NCBI GenBank assembly: GCA_040954595.2
Contig: CM082593.2
Coordinates: 1,560,901-1,624,900 of the forward strand
Length of the DNA: 64,000 nucleotides
Direction: 5' to 3'
Source of the DNA: Balanoglossus misakiensis
Lineage: Eukaryota > Animalia > Hemichordata
Shown here: piece after piece, positions 11,511 through 24,617 of the stretch
Numbering within the stretch: the first letter of the stretch is position 1
Layout of the letters: the number at the start of each line of letters is the position of its first letter
Translations under genes and position numbers: made by a program
Notes under the pieces: model-generated
The model's input: the letters and a program-made list of their open reading frames with translations, nothing else
What the model was told of the DNA's origin: nothing
The model's database searches: none

Positions 11511-14500
11511 AAGCAATTAACGAAACATGAAGACTGAAAATATTAGCAGAACATGGATGATCACTTCAGCAACAACCATGACTTTTACGCACACCATTTT
11601 TCTGACAAGATGCCGACATTTTGTCTCATATAACATGATTGGTACATGCTTTTTCTACCATAATAATTCAAACATTTCACACAACACACTATGGTCAATT
11701 TATTAATCTCACAGTCAGAAATTGTAATGATCTAAAATCTATACATTCATTGCCCAATTTTTTTTTCTTGTTTAAGCATGACACCACATGCTCCATAACG
11801 CCACCAAATGATACCACCATTCTGACAATTCTGATGGATTTTTGTAACAGCACTGCAACAAAAAACCCAACTGCATCTGTTGCAAATAATAAGCATAGAT
11901 ATTCATGAATGGCCTGTAAAGAAGCGCTTTGTGCCCAGGGCACATCGATAAGCCCACTGCGATGAAACCATATACAACGTAGCCTATTTTACTGACACTG
12001 TCACTTTGCAATCAAAACTGATTAAAATTTATATCATACGAGCTGTGCCTTTTCTATACACTGTGTTGGGGACATCCACAATTGTTATTAGAAAAAAAAT
12101 CACTCTCACAAAAAATGGCACAAAATCTATTGTATCAACCACTGTTTGACGGATTTGCAAAATGACGGTAATCTCCGTACTAAAATTATTGATGCAATTT
12201 CGATTATCAGTTATATTACCATCAAAAAGAAATCTCCTATCTTTTGGCATATTGGAATATTTATTCAATTAATTTATACTTTGGCTTAAATTTCCAAAAC
12301 AGTAAGAAATCTGGTCTGACATTTTCAGAACATAAAAATTACAATTATTATTATTTCTCATTTATAGAGTATATAAACCTTCTGATGGTGATTTGGCCAT
12401 TTTCAGTACAGTCATTTTCCCACTCCACTGAAAAAATTAAAACAAAATTTTTTCTTTTGTTCTGTCACAATTCTAGTCAGGCTGAGAATCATTTCATGGC
12501 GATTACACAACAATTTCATGATGTCACATAATTAATTTTAACATCTTGACGGAAGGAAAAACAGTGCTTAAACACCGCTATATGCATCCAAGATTCATCG
12601 AACAATTACTGGAAAGAGACAGTATCAGTTGAGTCTAATGTCGTGGGAAAGTAAACGCACTGAAATGGCTTACGATTTCAATTCAATCGCAGTCGGCAGT
12701 TCACACACTAGGTCAGATATGGCCCAGAATACAAATTTATACAGACATAGAATGACCACAGCCTCACTCTGTTGATTGGTTCAGTGAATTTGATAAACAG
12801 GAGAATTTGTAGAAGGTACCATTTGTTGAATGACGTCCACGACACAATTAATTTCATGTTTTATTTAAGGCTGCAGTAGGCCTGGTTTTGTTGAAATTTT
12901 GAAATTCTGTAAATCATTTTCCTTGCGTGATATTAAAAGACAACAAAAACAGGCTTCTGCATATTCCTATTCTTAAAGAAAATTGTTTCCTTTTAACGGT
13001 TTTATTGAAAATTAATCGCTCTTGGGTAGTGATGCCTCGGAATGTGACAATAATGACCAGACTGCTTCGTCCAGGGGCATTAAATTTCAAATATCGAAGG
13101 CGACAAAAAATGTAACCGATTAGCAGACACAATAAAGACTGAATTGAACGCCCAAACAGTTACAGCACACAGGTGGAGGAGATTGCAGTAGAAAAATAAA
13201 AGAAGAATCTCATTCTGATATATATTTTATTGATAGATTTATGTGTTATTCATGCCATGAAAACTGAGGCTGCCTTACAAGTTGCATTAATCTGCAAATA
13301 TTATTTTCCCGGTAATTGAATGAAGACGCAGAGCTGAAGAGCAGGCAGATGAAGAGGTCAAGGGTCGCGGAGTCATTACGAGATGACAGTCTTGGATATT
13401 GCGCAGAGTCCTCCCAGAGGCAATGATCTATTTACCAATCTCCAGTTACTTGTCTCCCATGAAATAAATTGGTAGATCTGGAAATGAATATGCCCAAGTG
13501 TGGAAGGAATTCCTCGCTCTTCCACTCGTCATTCTCACCCCCACCGAACAACGCTTCACTCTAAAATACGCCTCGTTTTAATACGCACAAACTTGAATAA
13601 ATCTCACCAAACATGGCCGACTCTTATTTGCATATGAATGGTTACAATATGGTAATTAACGGTAGCTACGGGAACAGATACCGAACTTGCAAATTTGCAT
13701 TGGCTGCCTCCCAAATATGGGGATTGGGTAATAGGATATGGCTGTTTGGGGTATTGGATTACTAATTCCGGCGTGAAAGAGATGATTTATCCCAATTATT
13801 TGAAGAATCTCTAATTATAGAGTGACTGTCACATGAACTGGGTAATGAAGGCAAAGAAGAAAAACAAGAAATAGGCAACATGAAAGAGAAAAAAAAAAGA
13901 AAGATTACCGATTTTAAAACAGGATTTCAAAATGTTTTCCCTTCAAAGTGAAGATGGAGAAAACATAAAATGATGGCAATTCATATTGCTGAAAGGCATG
14001 GAAAGCTTGAGCAAACAAGAAAATCTGTGAAAAAGAAAAAGTCAAAACAAACATTTACATGATGCAAAACACTAACAGAAAAATAAGACCATCAAGATTG
14101 CATAGTTTTGATAACCGCACTGTATTACAGCAGACAACTTCACTGTTGACACGGGAACTTTATCCGATACCCGTATCGCAAAGAAGCAAATGATTATCAA
14201 TTCTACTCAGGTTGAGTGCTTGAGAAAGCCCTGTGTTAGTTTACTACAGAGAAAACCACACAGTAAAACACTTGGCTTTTTTTAAAAACCTCAATGACAG
14301 TTTGGTTTCAATAGATCAAAGTTTATTGTGGTGACAGGAACAGACAACTGAATGTCATGGTCATGAACTTGAATAGAATGCAACACAAAAGAGAAAGCCT
14401 GTTTCACGCGTTACATTTCAACAACTCACTTTATAGTCATGAAAGGTGAATTCTGTCATCGGAAGAAAAACATCACGACATTTACAGCTCTGTACTGTTT

Positions 14501-17500
14501 ATGCAGAGACGAGTACGATCGCACGTATATCGTTGTGTAATCCTCAAATATAATTGTAAAATTATAATATGACTAAATAAAATACATAATTTTCAAAATC
14601 TCTACACTTCTGAAAATTTAAATATTTTTTATGTTAGTATTAATTACTTCCATCAGAATTTCCTATAAAATTAGATATTTCATTTTTTAGTAAATATAAA
14701 ATTACGGTATCCATTGTACTATTTTTAGATTTAATGTACCTCATAAATTTCCTGGCTTCAACAACCGTCTCGCTTTGTTACAGAACATGCACCTTGTTTT
14801 TTTCAACAGCGAACACAGCCTGTGGTGAAACGTATTGTTTGCATAAAAGAAAAGATGCCATTTCATTTGGCATCCAATGTAACCATGCATTCATTTTTTA
14901 TAACTCAAATTCGATGACACATCTGTTTCTTAAAATAACTGCATACATGCAAAATACATCCGTGGTTTGTCGCAATCGAACAACCAGCATGCATACCTGC
15001 ACAGTCTGACTTAATAAAATATATGACGACCTGGTTCTAATGCTCACTCCAATTTCTAAATACTTCACTGATAATCTAATTGTCAGCCAGTGAATGATAA
15101 AATCCTTTACTTTTTCTGATTTTTTCTCCTACTTCATTGTGAGATACTCTAAATACTCCCACGCAAAAATTGCATCACAGATGTCTAAGTCGTCTCGCCT
15201 GGACTATAACATGTTTCATTTATTAGCGTTCGCTTTCATCGGTTTCTATTATGGTGGATTTCATTTTGTCTCATCAGACGAACCTCAGATTTTGACTTTC
15301 ACGCACGCCACCCCTTTGAATTGGATCAACAGTGCTTATGCTTTATACAAATAAGCACATCACGTTGGACTCAACCATTTCAACAGAGAGGTGTCAGCTA
15401 CAACAACACTCACTTAAAAGCTGAAATCCACTTTCTCTAACTTAAAGTCAAAATAAACAGCCCCACCAAAGTTTCACAAGCACCCCTGTCTTTGGAGTCG
15501 AATGTTCCACCAAGACATCTACTGACACGCCAAAGGAAAATAAATTTTACATGTGAACACTTCGCTTCTGTAGATTAATTCTTGCTAAACTGATTGACAC
15601 ATAAAGAATTGGTTCCAAAGGACAAACTTTTGCCCTTTCAGCGGGATTATGTTTAGAAAGATTTGGTTGGCTAATATTATAATTACCATATTCTTGAATG
15701 CACCAAACAGACAAGGGAGCAGTGTTTTTGTATGTGATTATATTTATTGATTTCATTTAGTACAATGTAGTTTGAATTACTGAGTTCTGAGATACCTGAT
15801 AAACTGATCTCTCTCTCTCTCTGCATTTCCCAGCATGCAACACCTGTATTTGGGATCAGTTACTTCAATATGTTTCCTGACAATTGACGATTACGCAAAA
15901 TTGGATTAAAAACTGATGCCAACATAAACACAAACGACTGGAAAAGTACAACATTCTTTGCAGAAATGAAAATTAAAGGAAGGAAACTGCAAATTTTGGC
16001 AGGAAGTTATAGATAACAGGATGCTTGGCACATTAATTGGATTTCTCATTTATCCCCACCTGCTATCAAGTGCGAATAAAGGAATTATCTCACCATAATC
16101 AGAAAAACGCACTTTCAATCGACCTTTGCAGATATACGACAGCTGAAGCGTTCAATTGTCAGAACACCATTTTTGATAAATATGACAGCTATTTTAGTAA
16201 AAAAAGGAAGAAAGGTTGATATCGTCATTGTGGAAGGAAGCCACTGCCATCACATTGTTCAAATCTGATCCCGCACACTTAAAATTTGTAGATGTATATC
16301 TTGACCTCTGACCCCTGGTTTAAAATGCGCGAGCACAGCGACCGACTCGTACACCATACAGAAAACCAATCGCTGTTAAAACCTATCCTCTTTTGCACAA
16401 GAGTCCATTATAAATTACACTTCAATACAGCTGTTGAGTCGATAAAATATCACTGCAAACACATTGTCCAAACTAGCATTTTTCAATTTTTCTCTGCTTT
16501 TTAAAAGATGCGTAAAAAATTGATGGCCTTTGTAAGTTGTATGAGCAACTCTTCTGATATCCTGGGATTATCTGTTTCAGTACCTGAACATAATTGACTT
16601 GTGTTCGACATTTGTAACATGATGACCCCCGCACGGCGGACCCTATTTCGTAGTCACGATCAACTGATCTATTAGAGCCTGGTTACTTTCAAGATGAGTT
16701 AACAGATTAAAATGGTTACCCTATTTTCCTTCACATCACCCAGGGATCAGCATTTCAAAATATCATGTGGGCAGGTACTCTCTGTTTTAACCTCGAAATC
16801 ATCAGCAAACAGTAGCCTATTAATAGCTTGTGAAATCAATAATGACCTCAATTTTCAAGACTGATTTCAGCGTCTGCACTTTGCGGAGCTTAGCAACTCC
16901 ACAACTCGGCAATCAGCAACCATAACGACCTCTACTACAGATTCTATTTTTGTGAGAAAGCGAGCTTTAAAAATAACAGCGAGGGAAATCGTGTTAAAGA
17001 GACAACGTTGCTAACTTTTGACATTACGCTGGTTAGTTTTGGTCCATTTGATGGCTACTGTTGTCTATGCAACAGCTACAGATTCTTGTTCTACTTGCTA
17101 AAGCATGTTTAAATGCCACATATTCAGCTTGCCAACGAAGTATGTATGTATGTATTTGACAACTCAATAAATGGACAACTATCACCTTGTGAATAAATTG
17201 TCCCCTTTCCTCTACACCCACACATCACATAGACTTGATTGGTTTCCATGCATTTGATTACCCAAACTGATTTGCTGTTTTCGGCTCATAACCGTATCCT
17301 GATTAAGCAAGCTTGTTCAATCCTAATTAGCGTACGCTCGTTAAAACTGTAATCAGCGTGCTGGCTAGCATCCGCTGAAGGACGTTGACCTATTGATGTG
17401 CTCGCTGTGACCAGGTGCAATGGTCAGGTGTTGTTCTATCTGGTTGTTGGCCCCTACTTACATCATTACAAATCCGCAATTTGTGGGTATCTGTTAGATT

Positions 17501-17838
17501 TTTATACATTTTCAGCAAACAGCATGAGAAACCAAAGTAGAGTTTAATTTCAGGTCATATTTCCATGAGCGGTTGTTTGTTTAAATTAATAATTGTTTTA
17601 TGGCTGCCAATTAGTTTTTAAGACTTGGTTACTATTAAAATGAACTTTAATTATGACTTGGGAAATCTTAGATACGACTATTTTGCAGAAAAAAATACAG
17701 GCTGACACAAGATCAGAGTATTCCTCCCTACAATGAAAGCACGATCTTTTAAAACGGACAAATATCTACCGATTTTCAGATTTCAACACAGATTGTATAG
17801 GACAATCTCACCAGAGACGTATCTTGTCTGGGTATTTT

Positions 17839-19980
17839 TTAAAACCACTCCACCTCCTCCGGCGAAAAAATTACTCCAAACGCATTTCTATAAATTTTAA
17901 ATCTAACTATGTTCCCCCCAGAGCTCGGTCTTTCCAATTTCACATCCCAGATCCTGAATATTTCTCTCTTGAAATGGTTGCCTTGGAGATATTCCTGATG
18001 CAAATAATCCCCATTTTTAACTGCTGGAAGAAAACAATGACGCATGAAGATGTTTTGGTTGACTGTATCACAGACAGGCCGATATTTAAAGCCCCCGTAG
18101 CAATATCTTTTCTGCATTTCGTTTTTACCCTAAAACACATCCAATCTTCAGAGATTTGTTTTGAATACTCTACCATTAAGCCATACTGGCTTTGAAAATG
18201 TTGCTATTTTCACCCTTGGCAATGGATTGGGTCGATCAGTTTCAGGTGCTTTATATGTACGTTTGAAATGTACCGCCATTTTGAAACTCTGGTCATGTGA
18301 CAAAAGACGCACATAGAACGAGAAATTTGCAATGTGTTAAACAAAATGTGTTCTTGCTGGTAGATTGTGTTTGAGCTTAATTAAACTGTAAACTGTTGTA
18401 CATGCTATCACATTAAACAATTAACTCAGCATTCTATCTTTCATCGAGACACCGACGTTTCGACATTCACCACATTTCGGAAATACTTGCCAGGCCAAAG
18501 TCATACCAGTTGCACAGGCAAAGGTCATTTCCATGGACACAAGCCTGAGCTGCACTTTCAAAGTGGACAACTCATGACTGGAATTTGATAGATCATTAAT
18601 CAAAGCTGGCAAGCAGACCAGTAACTGAGATACCGTTGTACTGAAAACATACGCTGGGACTTTACAACTAGAAACGAACCAACCAGCCAAGCAATACAAC
18701 AATTTTTGTATGTAACTTGAATAGGTGCAGAGTTCAAAGTCGAAATTGCTCACATTGCAATTTTTTAGTGCTAAGAAGAGGCAGGTATGATTGTAGTCAG
18801 GTGTCTCAGTGACGCATGTTTATTTTTGGCCTATCTTTATAATCAGGCTCATAAAAAAACATGAAGTCTTTCCAGCCAATTAGATTGTGATATTTTCCGT
18901 AATACAAATATTTACTTCTGTCCTTCAGAGAATAAACCACTGGTGACTGGTTGAAAATTACACAGGAGTTAATATCTGACAAGTTTTTTTTACAAAGTAA
19001 GCATTTTTTGGAGGGGTCAATTTGAAACATGTCGAAAGAAAAATGAGTATAGATCTGTTCTACTGCAAACATATGGACACTGATGACTTTGGTTTATAAT
19101 TTGGTAAAATAAATAATGTCTTTTTTGGTAGTTTTTTGTATTTTCATATTAAGTTTCTGAAGCTTTTTTGAGAGTGGTGAATCACACAAAGCAGTGTAAT
19201 CCTCAGGAATTTTGCAAATTTGCTGACAATGACAATGCTTCCTCTAAAATGGAAACATGTTTCTTCCGGACCTTTGGTTTTGTGTCTTTTTTTTGCTCGC
19301 TATTTTTGCTGTGTGTACACACCTGATCTCTGCTAACAATACCTCTTTTATTTGAGCCACACCTACTGCCAGCCCGAAATGTGACCTCAAGTCACTGCAT
19401 GCTAGATTCTCCAAGAAACAAAGAATGAATTTAATCAGTCAAATGAACGAGTACACACAAATCATGACACTGTGACTATTTATGGAGCAACACCTGTGAG
19501 GCCTTACAGCTACAGACCTGTGTCAGTCGCTATTGTACTGCGTGAGATAAAAAATAAATCCATGATCACATGACCTTTATGATCATTGTGCAACCGACTG
19601 TACCACTAGATTACTTGACTGCCTTTTGTTCAAAGTTAAATTTTGTGTCATTTTCATTTGAAATATTGACTACAACTTGCATCTGGCAGACCAAATCATA
19701 TTCGTCACATGGCCAATACAATACAATACAAGGCTCGTTGGGATCAAAACCATGTTCATAGCCCTCTGGTGGCGTATTATTTAACCACATTGTTTGCACC
19801 TGGATTATATAATTGCAGCATTGTTTTTTTCTCAAGCTGTGGTATACACACCTTTTTATATTCAATCATTTTTCTGATAAAAGTAACAAAGCGCTCGTTT
19901 TTCTTGATACTTTCCGAACTGAATATGGACAAAAATTGGCTGGGTTGGTACCGCAAACCAAATCGCCAATAATTTGTCAA
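17839..19980 (-). pseudogene. Decayed coding-like block of unknown origin (possible transposon or endogenous DNA-virus relic)
   Basis: Minus-strand stop-poor frames tile the interval head to tail: 19980-19777, 19865-19611, ~19243-18806 (one internal stop), 18753-18421 and 18279-17839 (aaaATGGCG start, two internal stops). I do not recognise the family. Confidence 0.35.
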
Positions 19981-22123
19981 CTCGAAGATACAGAAATAAT
20001 TAGAGAAAGATTGCGAAGAAAATAGCAGCGTTCAAGTCCACAGGACTCCGCTAAATTGACTGCTAATAGATAACTCGACAACAGTACCTACAAAAATTAT
20101 TTACTGTCGACTTGAAATGATAAATAAACTTAGGGGAACTAGAGAGTTCTCCTAGGATACATTAAACAGACAGATTAAAAAACAGAACATGACACTAACC
20201 AATCACAAACACAGCTTCCATGAGTCTAATAATGATCTATAAAACCGTGACTAGTAATTCTGACCTCCGTAGAGAATACGTCACCATGAATTATTAGCCA
20301 GGTTTATTTATCACCGCGAGCTGGGAGTATGTAGTACCACTGGACGCGTTTAATTGTTAACCGAGAAAAATCCTGTCACAACAAGGTCCGCTTTGACTAG
20401 AGCGAGCACCCCCCCCCCCCCCCCACCTTCTCTAATCAACTGATATCATTACAACCTGAAGGCCCTCAGACATGAGATTGAAATAAAGTGATATCTAGGT
20501 GCTAAATTGCAAATTAAAGAGATCAGAGTGATGTCAGATGACAATCCTGCCTCTTGTTTTGATAGAATACGTGTTGGCATTGAAAGATTTGGACACTGAG
20601 GGGGATTTCCAGCAGGAGGTTGCTACTTCATTGTTTGTTAAAAAAAGGTGGACTTTTGAGTGGGGTTCAAAGTGTATAACTGCGCACAAAAGAAACACTC
20701 GTGGAATGTTGTAACCGGGAACGACGACGGACACATGCCAAGAGAAACACGTACGGGGCGACGGCCTGCAAGATTGTCTCAATGTCATCAGACTACTACT
20801 CCAAGTCATCAAATTTTGGGTGAGGGAAATTTCCTCGAAATTTCCCCAAAAAATCCTGACAAAGGTTACAAGATGCACTGACCCTAAAAATGTAAATAAC
20901 TTGACCCCCCGAGCTGCATTCTCGTCAGGACAAATTATTGTCAGAAATTTGAGCTTCAAACAAAATTGCCGGCCTCAAATTCTGGGCTGGATTATTTCAG
21001 ATGGGGAAAGAAATTGACCTGTTGTAACTTTCAATGACAGCAATGTCAATAATCTGGCAGGAAAACAACGATTCCCTGTATAACAAATCATACTGCAAGA
21101 CCATACAATTATGACATCATTAAAGTAACTTGTAAAGTGGTACGGAAATAGAGGGGGAACCATCAAAAATTCAAACTGGTCTGTGGCAGAAGAAATTATC
21201 ATTCGTATATCAGTTAATGTGCTAGTCTGCTTCACAGATGCTGAAAAATTAACTTCCAGTGCAGCGATGACTTTAATCTACAACAGCGCAGAGCAATATC
21301 ACTGTATAAAAGTCCTTGCACAAAATTGCTAGTCTGTAGTGTGACATTTTGTCGTCTGCTTGTTTCGCCCCTGATGTCTGTTCACGTTGAACAATCTGGT
21401 GTCAAACATAAATCTCCCTTCACAACCTTGTCCCCTCCCCAATAACACTACCTCATATGACCCCTACAAAACGGCCACCAGTTTCCTAACCGCACAGCAC
21501 CGCTTGTAAACACAGACCACCAACATCAACTCCGGACACCAAACATGTGTTGCGACTCATGTAAGCTAATAACGCTCCCTTAAAAAACAATCTGTATAAT
21601 TGTTCTAATTGCCTCATTACACACACACATCCATGATTAACTTGCAGAGAGCTGCTCAGCCGCCACAAACTGACAGTGTGACCAGACCGGCTGTTCCCCA
21701 CTGGTATTTTCTATCCATCGACAATACTAATCCCCCACTAAGCCTGTAATTGTTGAAATTTCATTGCACAGCAAAACACCACATTAACGTTCTACATCTG
21801 AACAATATTATATGTCATAATTCATTTTACCATACACATATATTTACCCATTCAATTTTATCAATTTCTGCTTTTAGCATGATGATACAGAGAAAACACC
21901 ATATCTCTTTTTCAGTGGTGTTCAACACAATCTAAAATTTTATCTATATAATATAAAATTTGACTATGAGAATACAATCTGGGTACATGATCTTAAATTA
22001 CATTTATCAAAATTATATGCTTTAAAATTATACATTACATAAATTTTTAAATGTCATTTTACGGACTCACATAACCTATGCATGTGTCAAAAATATACAA
22101 TTACCACTTGTCTAAGAAAGGAT

Positions 22124-22325
22124 ATTCAATCTAGGAATTTTAATAACTTAATTTTATGGCAATTAAGTATATAATCTGTTGCACTCAGACTAAATTTCTT
22201 TTTATTCAGAAAATTGAGAAGAGTTTTAATTTGGAATTTATGACATGGTTGCAACCAGAGTAAAATTCTTTTTTTATTCAGAAAATTAAGATGTTTTAAT
22301 TTGGCATTTATATTATAATATAAAG
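22124..22325. repeat. Degenerate tandem repeat, ~70-bp unit, ~2.5 copies
   Basis: Units start at 22178 (gttgcactcagactaaatttc...attcagaaaattgagaagagttttaatttggaatttat) and 22248 (gttgcaaccagagtaaaattc...attcagaaaattaagatgttttaatttggcatttat), with a partial copy before. Confidence 0.8.
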
Positions 22326-24360
22326 GCACTACAACTTATAGAACAGAAGAGTGTGATTGAGAAACCACAATATCGTGATATAGAGTATAAAAAAAACTTT
22401 GAGTAACAAATGTAATGTCACTCCTGTTGCCATGGTGATTTATAGTCCTTATATTTTTAAGTCTGACTGGACCTCTTATCAGATAGTTTGATTTATATAC
22501 TATTGTTGAAACGTTTAAAAAAAACGTTCAACAACAACGTGTTATGTGGCAGAAATTACGCCTCTTTTGTAAAAACAAACAGCACCTGTAAAGTTTAATC
22601 AATATGGTGTTATTGCTATGGAGATGACTGTCAAGATCCTATGATTTGTGATTTAATAAGGCTGTCCAGGTGAAGAAAAAATTTGGCGACGACCAACGCA
22701 ACCTGTGCGTGGTCAGGCGAGTGACGTGATTTCATTGTGAAGTGGCTCGGTCGAATCAGAAGCCAATGACGCGAGAACCTTCGGACAATGAATATGAGTT
22801 GATAATGAATAATGATTATCGAGGCATAAGTGAAATCGATGCACACACAAATACACACACATAAACTCTCTGCTTACGAGAGAGTGCAGAGTTATGTGTT
22901 GAAGGCTGGAAACTTGAGAATATGTATATGTGTCAATGAGAAGCCTTTGCCAAGCCAATTGTAGCGGACAATTTCAGTAAAACTTAAGTTGTTTCAACCG
23001 TGAGTAATGACGTGTTAGAAAGTCCATTTCAGGTGAAGTCGCCTTTGACATATAGCAGGACTAAAAACAGAATTCATTCAGCGCTCCTCCGAAATCATCA
23101 CATAACAAACCCGCATATTTACAAAATGTGTACAGCCGGTAAGTTATTAACCAAAGCAAATATCAAACAGAAGTGCTATCTATCTATTATCAAAAGAAAA
23201 AAATGAAAAAGACAATGGCATTAACAGCTTTGCATAGAAATCTGGTGGAGGGGGGGGGGGGGTGGCACCTTTCATTGATGTGGAGTTCCTTCACTGCTTG
23301 TTGAAGCTGCATTATCATACACGCTTGACAAGTCTATTCCATGTTCGCAGTCAATCAGAAATTCTATTATATGTGTACTTACATGTATTCCTTATGGGGT
23401 CCCTCCACTATGGTATTATTTTTGTTAACACTTTGACACCTCTCCAAGAATGAGGGGACAAGAAAAACAGACCAGTCACCTCTGGTTATCACCGCAATGT
23501 CAAGTCTCGGGTGAAAAAAAATTACATCTTGGCGAGAGATGGAATAAATATAACGATCGCCGGGGTGATTTTTTTTCGATGGATATCCGGTTAAGACTGT
23601 TGCAGTTGTTAATAGTGGCACTAGTTATACAGTGAACTGACACCAGGTTTTTTTGTCAATATTAGCTTGTAGTACGATCAACTGATGATATTAGCCACTA
23701 AATGCATAGGGACGTACCACCTAAGCGTGGGGGAGGACAGCTTCCACGCACAGGTGACGGAGTTCCCACTGTATGAAATCGCGCGCTGCGCAACCGACTG
23801 TCCGAGACATCACAGAAGCAGTTCGAAACACACTACTGATGACCCCCACCAGATACATCTGCCGACGGAACAAAAGGCCACCTCCTGAAACCTCGCAGGT
23901 TTCTTTTCAAGTTTTCTACTGAAACCCAAAGGAATGCTTTGTTTATAAATCACATGCCAGTCTGCTGTGAAGTCGGAATTACCTTATTTGGCAAGGGGTC
24001 AAGGGTTGACCGGCTGCCTCTTTTGACATAGTAAGGTCTCTATGTTGTGAGACACATGTACTCACTTGCCAGGGACTGTAACAAACAAAAGCCACAGAAT
24101 AAACCCCACTAAATCAATACACCAGGTTTTTTTTCAGACGAACACGCCGAGTCATTTAGTTTCCAAGCTATACATGGGAGTAGATTACACTTTGAACCCT
24201 GCCTGTCTGACGAGCTAACACAGTCTGAATTACAGTGTTTGGGAGTTAGAGTGAAATGGATCTCTGGGAGTTGGTTTATCACTGCTCATTCAATGGAGTA
24301 CACACACACAGATAGCGCTCAAGTACCTGCCAACCCAACCCCTGCTATTGGCACATAACT

Positions 24361-24617
24361 GTTGCTATGCAACACTGCCCTGAGCAGCCAATCCTAACAT
24401 TTCAAACCGGTTGCCGTGGAAACCCCAAGTGAGCCCGCATCAGGCTCTCTCCTCTCACCTTGTCATCCTATTTCCATGGCAACCGAGGAATTCAACACGC
24501 GCTGAATTGAACCCGATCAATTATTTCCACTGTTTCGCGGAGCAGAAGTCACATGCGCCAAATAACTTCACAAAGCCGCTTAGCTCAAAATTAGATCACT
24601 CCAGTTGCCACGGCGAC
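24361..24617. promoter_or_regulatory. Cluster of four RFX X-box-like palindromes
   Basis: gttgctatgcaac 24361, gttgccgtggaaac 24410, atttccatggcaac 24470, gttgccacggcgac 24604; X-box consensus GTNRCC(N0-3)RGYAAC. Confidence 0.5.

Noticed and set aside
22503-22534. Short hairpins (also 58440-58466 and ~62280-62302)
   Set aside because: 10-13-bp mostly AT-rich stems expected by chance; too short for a pre-miRNA, and intrinsic terminators are not relevant here.
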